Below are positions 37,134 to 46,738 of a DNA stretch of 56,960 bases, piece by piece. This DNA is from a virus. Location of the stretch: UHGV virus genome UHGV-1359774. One strand, given 5' to 3'. Position 1 is the stretch's first letter. Each line of letters opens with the position of its first letter. A model generated the notes under the pieces. The model searched no databases and had not been told where the DNA came from. It worked only from the letters and a program-made list of their open reading frames with translations. Made by a program: the position numbers and the translations under genes.

Positions 37134-37637
37134 CTAGATTTTCCCCAGCTCTGAGTTCATCTGGTGCTTCATCTCCTGGAGAGCGAGGGCAACCATGCCC
37201 TGAGGGGCGTTCTTCGACCAGCCTGCCTCAAGCGCCTCGATATATTCCAAATTGCTGCTGATATACCACATATCCGGATTTGCCTGGAGTATTTCCGCTA
37301 CTGTCTTCTGCACAATGGTGTTTATCTCGCCTTTGTAGTTTCCCGGCGGCGGCACATAGTCACTGGGCGCACTGGTGGAAAACTGCCACGAGCGCTTGGC
37401 TCTGCCCGTCTCCACCGGAGTGCGCTCCACGATTTTTTTGTAAGTCATAATCACAATGCCCCTGACGGCTCCCAACGCCTCACCTTGGATTTTAAGCCGC
37501 ACCAGTTCGTTGAGCGTGCGCTGGAAGTCGTCCACGTCCTTGCAGCGTTTGTTGTTGAGCTCCTTGATACGCGCGGCAAAGGCTTTTCTGGTGCGGTCTA
37601 TACCGTCAAGCTCTTTGGCAAGTGCGTCAGCCATCAC
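37134..37637 (-). CDS. HK97 gp10-family tail-component protein (full length)
   Basis: Block RTPVETGRAKRSWQF ... NLEYIEALEAG matches the gp10 family. Confidence 0.5.
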   Translation of the reverse strand: MMADALAKELDGIDRTRKAFAARIKELNNKRCKDVDDFQRTLNELVRLKIQGEALGAVRGIVIMTYKKIVERTPVETGRAKRSWQFSTSAPSDYVPPPGNYKGEINTIVQKTVAEILQANPDMWYISSNLEYIEALEAGWSKNAPQGMVALALQEMKHQMNSELGKI

Positions 37638-38035
37638 GCCGCCGTCCTGCTGTAGCCCGTGGCCCCGCCCGCGTTGCGCACGAAAATTTTGTACATGATG
37701 GGCACCGTGCCGGGCTTGGTGGCTTCCACATAAATCACATCCCAGGCTTCTTTCTCGCCATTCGGGTTTTCGGCTCGTACCCAGTCCGTGGTGTCCGGCG
37801 CGGGGATGGCATTACCGGCGCACCAGATCACGCTGTCGTCCTGCTGCACCAGATTGCCGATTTCCTGCACCTTGGGGCTATCCCACATGCCCACGAAAGA
37901 TGTCACGACCTGCTCAATGTCCGGCTGCATGGTTTCCGGGTTGGTGGGGCCTTCGGTTTCCCGCACAAACTCCATACGCTGGCCGTATTGGCTGATTTTC
38001 TTGTTGGCCTTGCGGGCCATAGCTGCCGGATTCAT
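37634..38035 (-). CDS. hypothetical head-tail joining protein (by position)
   Basis: AAGGTG RBS; TGATG overlap with the upstream gene. Confidence 0.35.
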   Translation of the reverse strand: MNPAAMARKANKKISQYGQRMEFVRETEGPTNPETMQPDIEQVVTSFVGMWDSPKVQEIGNLVQQDDSVIWCAGNAIPAPDTTDWVRAENPNGEKEAWDVIYVEATKPGTVPIMYKIFVRNAGGATGYSRTAA

Positions 38036-38478
38036 CAGCGCCGCACCTTTTTGACAGGGTCGTTCTTCCATAAAAAACGGTACAGGGCATCGAAGAGCTT
38101 GCCATGCATGTAGCAGATTCGCTCCTGCTGCTCTGTTTCTGCCATGTCGTTTTCCAGCCCATTGCAAAGAATGAAGTTCACCGTGGCGTGCATAGCCTCA
38201 TGTGCGACCACTTCCGTGTCCCACGTCCCTCGGGCAAAATGCATTTCTCCCAAGATGCGCGGCAGGCGACGCGTACCGTCAGGCAGGATCGTATACGGCG
38301 CGGGACACGTCAGGCCGATAGTCCGTCTGTCGCAACCATCTACACGGCAAGCCATCTCCCTTTGCAGCGCATCAGGATTGGACCAGAGCACCGCATGCCA
38401 GCAATGCGCGCCGTCCTCTATGGGGATATCCACGGTATGGGCAACATTGGCCCGGTCAGGATGATAAATACACGCCAT
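38035..38478 (-). CDS. small protein with HExxH motif (HEAMH), putative zincin-like
   Basis: GGGAGG RBS; VVAHEAMHATVNF. Confidence 0.4.
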   Translation of the reverse strand: MACIYHPDRANVAHTVDIPIEDGAHCWHAVLWSNPDALQREMACRVDGCDRRTIGLTCPAPYTILPDGTRRLPRILGEMHFARGTWDTEVVAHEAMHATVNFILCNGLENDMAETEQQERICYMHGKLFDALYRFLWKNDPVKKVRR

Positions 38479-38480
38479 GC

Positions 38481-39044
38481 CTACGACCTCCCGGCTTCGA
38501 CCATGCCGGTGACGCTCTGCGCCTGACCCGGAATTTTCGCCAGAAACATCCCCACAAGGCCCGAAACAGCCGGGTACAAGGTTTCACTCGCGGCATCCTC
38601 AAAATACGTTGTGGAGAGGGGCCCTACGGTTTCAGACGCTACCCTGCCGCCGCGCTCTACTGGGGCCAGCGGGTCTTCCCCGCCCATGAACAAGGCCGCC
38701 AGTTCGATACAGGCCCGCTTGACCGCCTGCGGCACGCTGTCTCCCGGCACGAATTCGCCGCCATGCGGCATACCAGGCAAAGGAACATCCGCGCGCGGCC
38801 AGGCCATCGGCCAATCCCAGACTTGACGGCTGCCTAGCCATTGCAGGGAGTTAAGATAGTCGCTGGCCCGGATAAGTGCTGCTTCCTTGACCGGGAGATT
38901 GGGATCAGGTTCGAGGTCGCTACCCTGAACAGGAGCAGGCCAGTCGGAAATGCCGCGCGACACAAGATAGACGTCCGCATCTTCCACAGACGCATAGCTG
39001 TTCGCGCCTTCAGGCATGGTTCCGTCTTCAACGATCAGGGCCAT
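38481..39044 (-). CDS. head-tail connector / adaptor (gp6-like) protein
   Basis: AAGGAGAAA RBS; position after the capsid gene. Confidence 0.4.
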   Translation of the reverse strand: MALIVEDGTMPEGANSYASVEDADVYLVSRGISDWPAPVQGSDLEPDPNLPVKEAALIRASDYLNSLQWLGSRQVWDWPMAWPRADVPLPGMPHGGEFVPGDSVPQAVKRACIELAALFMGGEDPLAPVERGGRVASETVGPLSTTYFEDAASETLYPAVSGLVGMFLAKIPGQAQSVTGMVEAGRS

Positions 39045-39110
39045 ACAGTTTCTCCTTCCAATGGCGACCGGGAACAGGGGGACGCTCCCGGCCGCTGTGG
39101 AGGGGGAAAA

Positions 39111-39356
39111 TCAGGCATCCGCCTGTTTGGCGCGCAACGCCTGCAGCTGCTGCTTCAGCATCCTGTTTTCGTTGCGCAACACTTCCAGTTCATTCACGCT
39201 GTGCTCACGCCGAAGCCAGGAGGCAATGCGCAGATTTCGTTGGATTTCCGTTTCCTGCGCGGGCGCGTTCTCCTGCACGCCGGGCGTGGGGCTCTGCCCT
39301 TCGCCAGGGCCCTGTGGCTGCTGTGCGTCGTCCATGGTGCTTTTTTCTTTAGCCAT
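39111..39356 (-). CDS. hypothetical small coiled-coil protein
   Basis: GGAGG RBS. Confidence 0.35.
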   Translation of the reverse strand: MAKEKSTMDDAQQPQGPGEGQSPTPGVQENAPAQETEIQRNLRIASWLRREHSVNELEVLRNENRMLKQQLQALRAKQADA

Positions 39357-39365
39357 ATCCGCCTC

Positions 39366-40385
39366 CTAGCCCTGGGTAATCAGCACGGCTAGGGGAATAC
39401 GCTTGCGCTCAAACGCCCGCTCCCAGTTGGCCGCCGCCTGCAACTCGGCGATGGTCGGCGTATGGTCCAAGCCGAACTTGAAGCCCTGCGGGTGAATGAT
39501 CCATTCCACGCGGCTGTAGAGCAGTTCCTCGCCGCCACCGTTACCGGAAGCGGGTTTGCGCTCATACTCCATCGGCACCTTGGGTGAACCCATGCCCAGC
39601 GCGATAGCGCCGGGGCCGAATAGGTAGGAATAGTATTTGGCCGGGGCCGGGGTGTCGCCCGTGACAGGGGGAACCACGGTCATAGCGTCATCCACGATAA
39701 TGCCCGCGCCCATGTACGTGCCGAAGCCGATGTCAGCCTGCGCGTTGGGGATGGTATCAATCAGGTTTTGGCGCTGCATGGTCTGGTAGACGGTGGAATG
39801 CACAGCGATATTACCGAGCTGCGAGGAGCGGTCGCCCATGCTGCCCTTAGCGGTTATGTAGGCATCCGCGTTGAAAAGCGCAGCAGTGCCGCTTTCACCG
39901 CTGACATCCACCACCATGTCCTTGGGGCCGCCGGAAGCCTGATCAGCCGCAGCCACGCCATACAGCGAGGCCAGGACGCGCCGCGTCAGCACCGTGTTCC
40001 AGTAATCGCCGATCTGGGTAGCGATAGCGCCCATGGGATCGCTGCCGTAAAGGTCGGCGGTCAGGTCCATGACAGACCAGGACTGGTTCAGGCTCTGGCG
40101 CACGGCCAGATTGCTGATGCCCGTGATTTTCTTCGGCACGGACAGCACGGCCGGATCATCGGAACTGATGTTCGGATCATCGTCCCGAAGCGGGGCCAGC
40201 ATACGCGGTTCAATGGTTTTGCCGCCGTTCTCGCTGTTCAGGAAACTCGTCAGCATGGGGTCTTCCCGCGCCACACCGGAGCGCACAAAGGCGTTGGTGT
40301 TCAGAGTGCGCAGGATGATGTTGCCGACAATGATTTTCGAGGCAACAATGAGGTCTTTGACTTGGGTGGTATTGGCATCAGCCAT
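39366..40385 (-). CDS. major capsid protein
   Basis: 339 aa; AAGGAAAG RBS; follows the scaffold gene; lambda-E-like size and composition. Confidence 0.65.
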   Translation of the reverse strand: MADANTTQVKDLIVASKIIVGNIILRTLNTNAFVRSGVAREDPMLTSFLNSENGGKTIEPRMLAPLRDDDPNISSDDPAVLSVPKKITGISNLAVRQSLNQSWSVMDLTADLYGSDPMGAIATQIGDYWNTVLTRRVLASLYGVAAADQASGGPKDMVVDVSGESGTAALFNADAYITAKGSMGDRSSQLGNIAVHSTVYQTMQRQNLIDTIPNAQADIGFGTYMGAGIIVDDAMTVVPPVTGDTPAPAKYYSYLFGPGAIALGMGSPKVPMEYERKPASGNGGGEELLYSRVEWIIHPQGFKFGLDHTPTIAELQAAANWERAFERKRIPLAVLITQG

Positions 40386-40397
40386 GAGAGCTTTCCT

Positions 40398-41195
40398 TTA
40401 CCCGCGCAGGGGCGCGCCCGCCTGTTTCGCCAAGGCCTCGGCCTGTGCGGGATTTTCTTTGTAGATTCTGCATTGTTCAGTCACGTTAAAATGTTCCTTG
40501 CTCCACGGATTCTGGGCGGCATTGAACCCGCTGCCGCCAGGCCGCGCGCCGGAACCGCCCGGAGCCTGCTTCAGCAGATTGTCCCGGAACGGGCTGTCCA
40601 TGACCATGCGCTTGATGGCTTCATCGAAGGCGGCGATATTCCCGTTTTCGCCGTACATGTCGCTGCCGTCCGGGTTTTTGGCGACTAGTGCGCCGTCGCG
40701 CAGGGCGAACCGCCCGGCAAAAAGTTCTTTCGCCATGGCCGGATTGACCAGCTTTTCATTGACATAGGGCGATCGCAGGAAATTTCCGCCGATGACTTCC
40801 ATAGCCAGCTGCGTGGCGGTCTTCTCATAGTCGGCCTTGAGCTTGTCGCGTTCGGCAATGACCGGGCCGGTGGCCGCCTTTACGGCCTCATCAATCCGGC
40901 GGCGCACGACATCCTCGTTTTCGCGGTCCTTATCCTTCAGGGATGCAACTGTTTCGGCATCAAGCTTGGCCTGGCGCGCAAAGGCCGCCACGTCTTCGAC
41001 ACCTTCCAGCGAGGCGAAACGGGCGGAGATTGCTTCGAGTTCTTCCTTGCGCTTGGCCGCCTTGGCCGTGAGTTCGGCAATCTGCCTGCCTCGCGCTTCC
41101 GGGTCGTAACCGCCTTCTTTGCCGTCAGCGCCGATCCAGACAGGGTTTTCGCCGTCCATGACCAGAGAGCCGTTTTCATCTCTTTTCCAGGGCAT
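40398..41195 (-). CDS. capsid scaffolding protein
   Basis: AAGGAGAAG RBS before MPWKRDENG; helical charged middle region; sits between the MuF and capsid genes. Confidence 0.5.
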   Translation of the reverse strand: MPWKRDENGSLVMDGENPVWIGADGKEGGYDPEARGRQIAELTAKAAKRKEELEAISARFASLEGVEDVAAFARQAKLDAETVASLKDKDRENEDVVRRRIDEAVKAATGPVIAERDKLKADYEKTATQLAMEVIGGNFLRSPYVNEKLVNPAMAKELFAGRFALRDGALVAKNPDGSDMYGENGNIAAFDEAIKRMVMDSPFRDNLLKQAPGGSGARPGGSGFNAAQNPWSKEHFNVTEQCRIYKENPAQAEALAKQAGAPLRG

Positions 41196-41282
41196 CTGCT
41201 TCTCCTTGCGCCAACCGGCGCGCATTCTGTTGTGCGGCGCGGAACTCCGCGCCTTTTTCAGCAAGTATGCCCGTCATTGCAT

Positions 41283-41313
41283 GGCAAAAACAGATTAAAC
41301 ACTCACTTTTTTG
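41283..41313 (-). promoter_or_regulatory. late-operon motif copy C (CAAAAAAGTGAGTGTTTAATCTGTTTTTGCC in gene sense) upstream of the scaffold/capsid genes
   Basis: 30/30 identical to copy B. Confidence 0.5.
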
Positions 41314-41383
41314 AGTTTTGCGCAAAAAAATCCCCGGTACTGCTTGACAGCTACCGGGGGAAGAGATGTGAGAGCAGGAATTC

Positions 41384-42499
41384 TCAGAGCGGATTGCCCT
41401 GTTCGTCGAAACCAAGCTCTTTCAGGGTATACGGCAAGCCGGTTTGCTTGTTGGAAAGCTCATCCCAACTCACCTTGCCTTCCTTGAGCAAGCGCAGCCG
41501 CACAGGGCCGATGCTGGTTTTCAGCTGACTGTCTTCGGGCAAGGACATCAGCCAGCCGTGAAAATCTTCCTTGCTGGTGCCGTATTCCTCGATTTTCGCG
41601 CCGGATGTACCCAGGTTGCCGGTGCCCCGGATGGCCCAGGGCCGGGCGACCTCTTCAAACTCATCCATATCCAGGCCGAGTTCGCGGAATGATTTCAAAA
41701 GAGGCAAATATACGCCCCGGCAATTCGGATGCGCGGGCAAATCAGGCTTTTTTTCATGCAGGCCGTATTTCGCGCCGTCCATCAGCGCGCAAATCCGGCA
41801 CGTGTGGTTATCAAGCGTTTCCACACGCTTATATCCCGTAATGATGTCTTCATTCTGTTTGTACACGGCCTCTTGCGCGCCGGTATTGGCACTCTGGACA
41901 TAGGTACGCACCAATGTTGCGGCCTCGCGCTGGGTGATGCCGAAGCCTTGGGCCGCAGCGTCCATGACTCGGCGCTCCAGCTTGCGGTAACTTTCCCCCT
42001 GCATGACGCCAGCACGGATGGCATCAAGCATCAGCTGTTGCGCGCCGGAAGTGAAACTGCGGTCAACCCACTCAGAGAGCAGCCTGCCGCCCAAGGGCTG
42101 ATCCACGAAGAATTGCCGAACCTGGTCCCGTGTGAGGCCGCTGACCAGTTTCACAGATGTAGCCGCGCCCTCGAAAGACAAAATGCTGTTGTACGTCTCG
42201 ACCGACGCCAGGGCCACGCCGATACTGGTTTCAGTGATAAGACTGGTCACGGTTCCGCGCGCCGCCGCAGTGACCTCGTTGAGCCAAGCCACCACCTGCT
42301 GATCGTAGTCCTTGCGCCACTCGGACACACTGGCCAAGCCTTCAAGCTCCGCGCGGATTTTCTTCACAATTTCCTGTCGCGCGCCGTTGAGCACGTCGAG
42401 CAAGGCCTCTAAAGCTTCATCGGAAAGCTGACCGAGTTCATGCCGCCACCAGAGCATCCGGGTAAGCTGGTACAGCTCCGCGCGTTGTTTGGCTGTCAT
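41384..42499 (-). CDS. head morphogenesis protein, Mu F / SPP1 gp7 family
   Basis: HTCRICALMDG ... HPNCRGV motif pair typical of the Mu F domain. Confidence 0.7.
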   Translation of the reverse strand: MTAKQRAELYQLTRMLWWRHELGQLSDEALEALLDVLNGARQEIVKKIRAELEGLASVSEWRKDYDQQVVAWLNEVTAAARGTVTSLITETSIGVALASVETYNSILSFEGAATSVKLVSGLTRDQVRQFFVDQPLGGRLLSEWVDRSFTSGAQQLMLDAIRAGVMQGESYRKLERRVMDAAAQGFGITQREAATLVRTYVQSANTGAQEAVYKQNEDIITGYKRVETLDNHTCRICALMDGAKYGLHEKKPDLPAHPNCRGVYLPLLKSFRELGLDMDEFEEVARPWAIRGTGNLGTSGAKIEEYGTSKEDFHGWLMSLPEDSQLKTSIGPVRLRLLKEGKVSWDELSNKQTGLPYTLKELGFDEQGNPL

Positions 42500-42514
42500 G
42501 CCTGCCGTCCGCCC

Positions 42515-43954
42515 TTATATGCTTGCTGAACCGGAGTTGGCCCCTCTTTGGAGCATATCCGTAAGCCGTAGCGCGCCACTGGCCCCGCCGGACTGCCCCG
42601 CCTCCCGCTGTAGGCGCGTGGCCTCTTCTTCCGGCGTCCAGCCATCCGGCATATATTGCTTGACGGCATCCGTCTCTCGTACAGTAGCGGCGGAAATAAC
42701 GCCCTGTCCGTTCAAGGACAGCAAGGCGCTAATAATGGTCTCCGTGGCGGCTTCCACGTCATAATTTTCGTTGTAGGGCGCAGAAATTTTTTCCATTTCC
42801 GCTTCGTCAATCTCCAGCCATCTCGCCGCGATTTTCCAGCACTGCGTTTCCGCACTGGCGCAGCGACGGGCAAAGTTTGCGAGCTGGGTGTCCAACTGCT
42901 GGCGGTCAAGCTGCTTGGATTCCGCGCTTTCGCCCACGCCGGACAGGGGTCGGATCATCCGCAGGGCGATTTCCCGCACGCTGTTTTCGTCCCTGGACAG
43001 AGCCGCCGCCTGCGCCTCAAAACTAGCGCCGGTACTCTCCACGTAGAAAGCATTGATGCCGTCGCGCTCCGAGCTCATCAGGGCGTTGGAACTGCCTACC
43101 GTGAAGGCCTCCCACTGCTTTTCGTCTATGCCGCAAACGGTCAGCAACGGCACCGCGCGGTCAAAAAGCATCTTGTCCAATTCGCTGTCCCGGCGGTAAA
43201 TGCGCAGCACCAACGAAAGCACATCATCCGTGGCCGGTAACCCGGTCATGTAATTGCCGCTCTCCTCAAAAACAAAGGGAACCAAGGGTACGACGCCGGT
43301 GGGATTCTGACCTTCGCTGTCCTCATGCCAGCCGCCGACAGAACCGGAAAGCGCGCGCCTGTAGCGCCGCCATTCGCTTCTGGTCCAAACTGTCAGTATT
43401 TCGTACTCCACTCCCTCAGTGAAAGGCTGATCCCCTTCCACGCTCAAGCTGTGCAGTACGACCCATTCAAGGCCATCGGCCCCCACCTCCCAATCCCACA
43501 CGTCATCAGGATTAATGCCCAAAAAATAGGGGATGTCCCGGCGCTGCGCCTGCTTTGCGTCGGCTTGCGTGCGCCCGGCAGGCGGTTCCATGTCCACGAG
43601 CACAAAACGCACGCCCCCGGCGGCGGTCAGGCGCGTCACATCGGAAAAAAACGGATTGGCTTTGGTGCCCAGGCGGTCGGCATTCTGCTCCACCCCACGT
43701 AACGTGTCCGGCAACTGGCGCGGCGGCCTGTCTTCGTTGATAAAGGAGGCGAACACATCCACAATGGGCGCGGCATAGTTCCGATACGTGGCCCGCTGCT
43801 GCCGTATATTGAACTGCTTTTCGCTCTCATACGGGTGCCGGATAAGGTAGCCGGTATTCTTTTCGACCAGTGAGCCGCCCTCGTACAAATCAAGGGCCAG
43901 CCGTCGCCGTTGGAGGCCGTAAGTATAGGCCGGATGTTTCTTTTCGTATTCCAT
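42515..43954 (-). CDS. portal protein (SPP1 gp6-like by position)
   Basis: 479 aa between TerL and the MuF-like gene; AAGGGA RBS. Confidence 0.55.
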   Translation of the reverse strand: MEYEKKHPAYTYGLQRRRLALDLYEGGSLVEKNTGYLIRHPYESEKQFNIRQQRATYRNYAAPIVDVFASFINEDRPPRQLPDTLRGVEQNADRLGTKANPFFSDVTRLTAAGGVRFVLVDMEPPAGRTQADAKQAQRRDIPYFLGINPDDVWDWEVGADGLEWVVLHSLSVEGDQPFTEGVEYEILTVWTRSEWRRYRRALSGSVGGWHEDSEGQNPTGVVPLVPFVFEESGNYMTGLPATDDVLSLVLRIYRRDSELDKMLFDRAVPLLTVCGIDEKQWEAFTVGSSNALMSSERDGINAFYVESTGASFEAQAAALSRDENSVREIALRMIRPLSGVGESAESKQLDRQQLDTQLANFARRCASAETQCWKIAARWLEIDEAEMEKISAPYNENYDVEAATETIISALLSLNGQGVISAATVRETDAVKQYMPDGWTPEEEATRLQREAGQSGGASGALRLTDMLQRGANSGSASI

Positions 43955-43965
43955 ATCTCAGTCCC

Positions 43966-45357
43966 TTATCCCATGGAGTTACCGAAGAAGACTTCACGCT
44001 TTTTGAACATGCAGGCATAGCGTGCCGCATCTAAAGCATGGTCTTCAAAGTCCGTGTCGATGTCGTCCGGGATACGTTCATCATGTGGCGCAGCAGGCAA
44101 GGTGCGGATGATCTCCGTACAGGTATTGAACACATACAGCATGGGGCATTCGTCATCGCCCCAGATACGCTCACGCATCTGCTGCCAGCCCGTAACGCGC
44201 GTGTTATCCGCCGGAACCCAGCGAACGCCCTCTGCGGCCATATTGTCGGCCACACTAGGCCCATCCTGATGCGCGAAGATAGCCGGGTCAGCCGGGCCGG
44301 GGTTGACGGTTATCCCCAGGCGCTGGCGCATCTCGGCTTCTCTGGCCCGGATGCCGCGCGCCACATCGCGGCTCGGTAATCTAAGGCCTTCATTGGGAAC
44401 GACCCTGCCCGAAGCGTCCTTTTTGGCTCCGTACCATTCGGCGAAGTGGATCAGGGCCCCACGCGGATACAGAACGCCGTCAGGTGCCTCTGTTCCATCA
44501 GCAATAGCCCACCAGCCCACGGTAAAAGGCCGCGCACTGCCCCAGTCAAACGCCCGGAAGCAGTACCAGGAACGAGGGATGCTGAACGGCCGCAAGACAT
44601 TACGGTCAGCCCGCCAGACGTCTCCGAAGAAGGAGCCAGCCACAACATCCCAATCACCATTGAGCCATGCGCGACGCAACATATCGTCCGCAATAGATTC
44701 AAGGCGGCGCACATACTCCGGGTCGGCGTCGACCAGATGCCGATTGTCGTAGATCGTAGCCGGAATAAATACGCGCTTGCCGCCATGAGTGGACTCTATG
44801 GGCGTCAAGGCTGGCGCGGGATCAATGAAATACCGTTTGACCCATAGATGCCCAGGCCCAAGCGGGTTTGCTGTACAGCGGATCATCTTGGGCACATCGG
44901 GATTGCTGGATCTGCAAAATCCCTTGGCCTTTTCGTACACGTCCTGGCTGGAAAGGTTGCAGAGTTCATCGAAGCCCACGAAAGGATATTCATGCCCTTG
45001 GTAATTTTCCATGTCCGCCGGGCGGCGCGCATGCCGCAACTTGAGGGATTCGCCCGCAGGGAAAATCCATTCCATGGCCCCAGATCGAAATTGAGCACCC
45101 GGACATATCGCCGGGAAGAAACGCCTGGACTTGGCTACAATCTCCTCAAGCTGCTTATATGTCTGCCGGAAAATGATGCCCTTCCAATCTGGGCCATAGC
45201 CCCGGTCTACATGCTGCAAAAAGGCCATGAGCAAGCTGTCTGTCTTGCCTGGCCCGCGCGCGCCCCCAAAGAGCAATTCAGGATAGGGACAGGACAAAAA
45301 AAGTGCCTGTGGGCGGCTGTTGGGCTGCCAGATTACTTTTGCGCCGCTGCTTCCCAT
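43966..45357 (-). CDS. terL: terminase large subunit
   Basis: Walker A GGARGPGKT; GGAGGG RBS; size 463 aa. Confidence 0.8.
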   Translation of the reverse strand: MGSSGAKVIWQPNSRPQALFLSCPYPELLFGGARGPGKTDSLLMAFLQHVDRGYGPDWKGIIFRQTYKQLEEIVAKSRRFFPAICPGAQFRSGAMEWIFPAGESLKLRHARRPADMENYQGHEYPFVGFDELCNLSSQDVYEKAKGFCRSSNPDVPKMIRCTANPLGPGHLWVKRYFIDPAPALTPIESTHGGKRVFIPATIYDNRHLVDADPEYVRRLESIADDMLRRAWLNGDWDVVAGSFFGDVWRADRNVLRPFSIPRSWYCFRAFDWGSARPFTVGWWAIADGTEAPDGVLYPRGALIHFAEWYGAKKDASGRVVPNEGLRLPSRDVARGIRAREAEMRQRLGITVNPGPADPAIFAHQDGPSVADNMAAEGVRWVPADNTRVTGWQQMRERIWGDDECPMLYVFNTCTEIIRTLPAAPHDERIPDDIDTDFEDHALDAARYACMFKKREVFFGNSMG

Positions 45358-45899
45358 TCGCCCTCCGAAAGTAGGCCGGGAGTCACGAGGACACCGGACT
45401 CTCTATCAGCTTCTTTCTCCGTATTTTTTCTCTCAAACATGCCGATATAATTTCCAATCAGCTCAAGTGCCTTAAGTTTGTCGTGTTTCTTAAGTCTTAT
45501 TGTTCTGCCGTTCTTGGTGGTCATTTCGCTTACTTCGGCCACGCTGGCAGCCTGTTCTTCCGTAAGTTCACTGCTGCTCTTAAGCGTGATGCCGTCCGGC
45601 CCCCACTCCATGAGATCGCGCGGGTCCGCAAAGGCGATCTTCGCCAATTCGGACACCACGCGGTCAGCAGTGATATCTAGCCGCTGAGCACGCTTGGCTT
45701 GATTTACGGCGATGGCTTCCGCGACTGAAGTTTTATGAAGCAGCTCAGCACCGATGCGATATGCTGTCCGCTTGCTGTACCCCGCACGGATAGCTGCCTG
45801 CGTGGCATTGAAGTCCACCAAGTATTCCGCCACAAAGGCACGCTGTTTATTTGTTAATTTTTTATCCATATATTTAAATACATTATACAGCATTCGCAA
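45333..45899 (-). CDS. terS: terminase small subunit (P27-family-like)
   Basis: KQRAFVAEYLVDFNATQAAIRAGYS block; overlaps the terL start. Confidence 0.6.
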   Translation of the reverse strand: MRMLYNVFKYMDKKLTNKQRAFVAEYLVDFNATQAAIRAGYSKRTAYRIGAELLHKTSVAEAIAVNQAKRAQRLDITADRVVSELAKIAFADPRDLMEWGPDGITLKSSSELTEEQAASVAEVSEMTTKNGRTIRLKKHDKLKALELIGNYIGMFERKNTEKEADRESGVLVTPGLLSEGEWEAAAQK

Positions 45900-46126
45900 T
45901 CATATTCCCTCCCGAAGGAGAGAATGCGGCGGCTTTTTCTAGTGCCGCCAATGCCGTACATCACGCGAATTATCGGGCCTGTGGAGCTACTCCGACCAAC
46001 TCCCCTCGCAGGGCGGCGGCTACCTGTCGTCGATTTGCCGCCTTTTTCACGACCACGCCCGTTTACCGGCAAGAGCCGATCGGCGGCCGGGAGGCATGCC
46101 GCCGCGTGACTTTGCTTTCAAAAAAT

Positions 46127-46357
46127 TTACCCCACCACTTCCATACGCCAGCGCGCGCCGCAGACGGGGCACTGACAATAGCGCACATACACAAAGCCGC
46201 TGCGCCTGGCGCGTAATACGCCGCTGGGCGAAGAGCATTCGGGGCAACATATCCCGCTACGGGGGCGTCCATGTTCTCCAGTGTAGCGCGTCAAAGACTG
46301 GCATCCGGTTTTTACCCGGATTGCCCGTAACTTATTGCTGTCGGCCTCTGTCTGCAT
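46127..46357 (-). CDS. small zinc-finger protein (CPEC...CQCPVC), candidate Ogr/Delta-like late activator
   Basis: AAGGGGGAA RBS; CxxC-x19-CxCxxC arrangement loosely like Ogr/Delta. Confidence 0.3.
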   Translation of the reverse strand: MQTEADSNKLRAIRVKTGCQSLTRYTGEHGRPRSGICCPECSSPSGVLRARRSGFVYVRYCQCPVCGARWRMEVVG

Positions 46358-46392
46358 GGTTCCCCCTTTTGCCGCGTGCCATACAACACCAA

Positions 46393-46704
46393 CTACTTGC
46401 AGCCCATGCGGCCACGATTGCGGATGTAATTGACCATGGCATCTTGCCCGGCGGACAGCAGTTGGCCGCCGCAATAGCCCACAGACCCTACAATGGCCCC
46501 CATTGTGCCGGGGCCGATGCCGCTGACCTCGGAAAGTAAAAGTGCGGTCAGGAACCCAGCGAAAGCCGAACAAGCCATGCTCGCAAAAATATACCAGACA
46601 GACCGCGCGCCGGTCCGGAGCATGTGCACAAGGCCGCCCAGCAGCGCTACGCCGACATAGGGAAGAGATTCCTTCGCCACATCGAAAAAAGTCTTTTCAA
46701 TCAT
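46393..46704 (-). CDS. putative holin (three TM segments)
   Basis: GGGGCGGGGA RBS; three hydrophobic stretches; adjacent to the spanin and endolysin genes. Confidence 0.4.
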   Translation of the reverse strand: MIEKTFFDVAKESLPYVGVALLGGLVHMLRTGARSVWYIFASMACSAFAGFLTALLLSEVSGIGPGTMGAIVGSVGYCGGQLLSAGQDAMVNYIRNRGRMGCK

Positions 46705-46738
46705 TCCCCGCCCCGGTGTGGCGCTATTGGTTTCGTTA

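Larger units (their letters stand above)
32980..37532. repeat. tandem duplication, copy 2 (4,553 bp), identical to copy 1
   Basis: Same as copy 1. Confidence 0.9.

Noticed and set aside
46360-46573. N-terminal extension (MFGFRW...) of ORF 46127..46573
   Set aside because: The ORF finder used an alternative start. A strong RBS precedes the internal ATG at 46357, and the extension has no coding signature.
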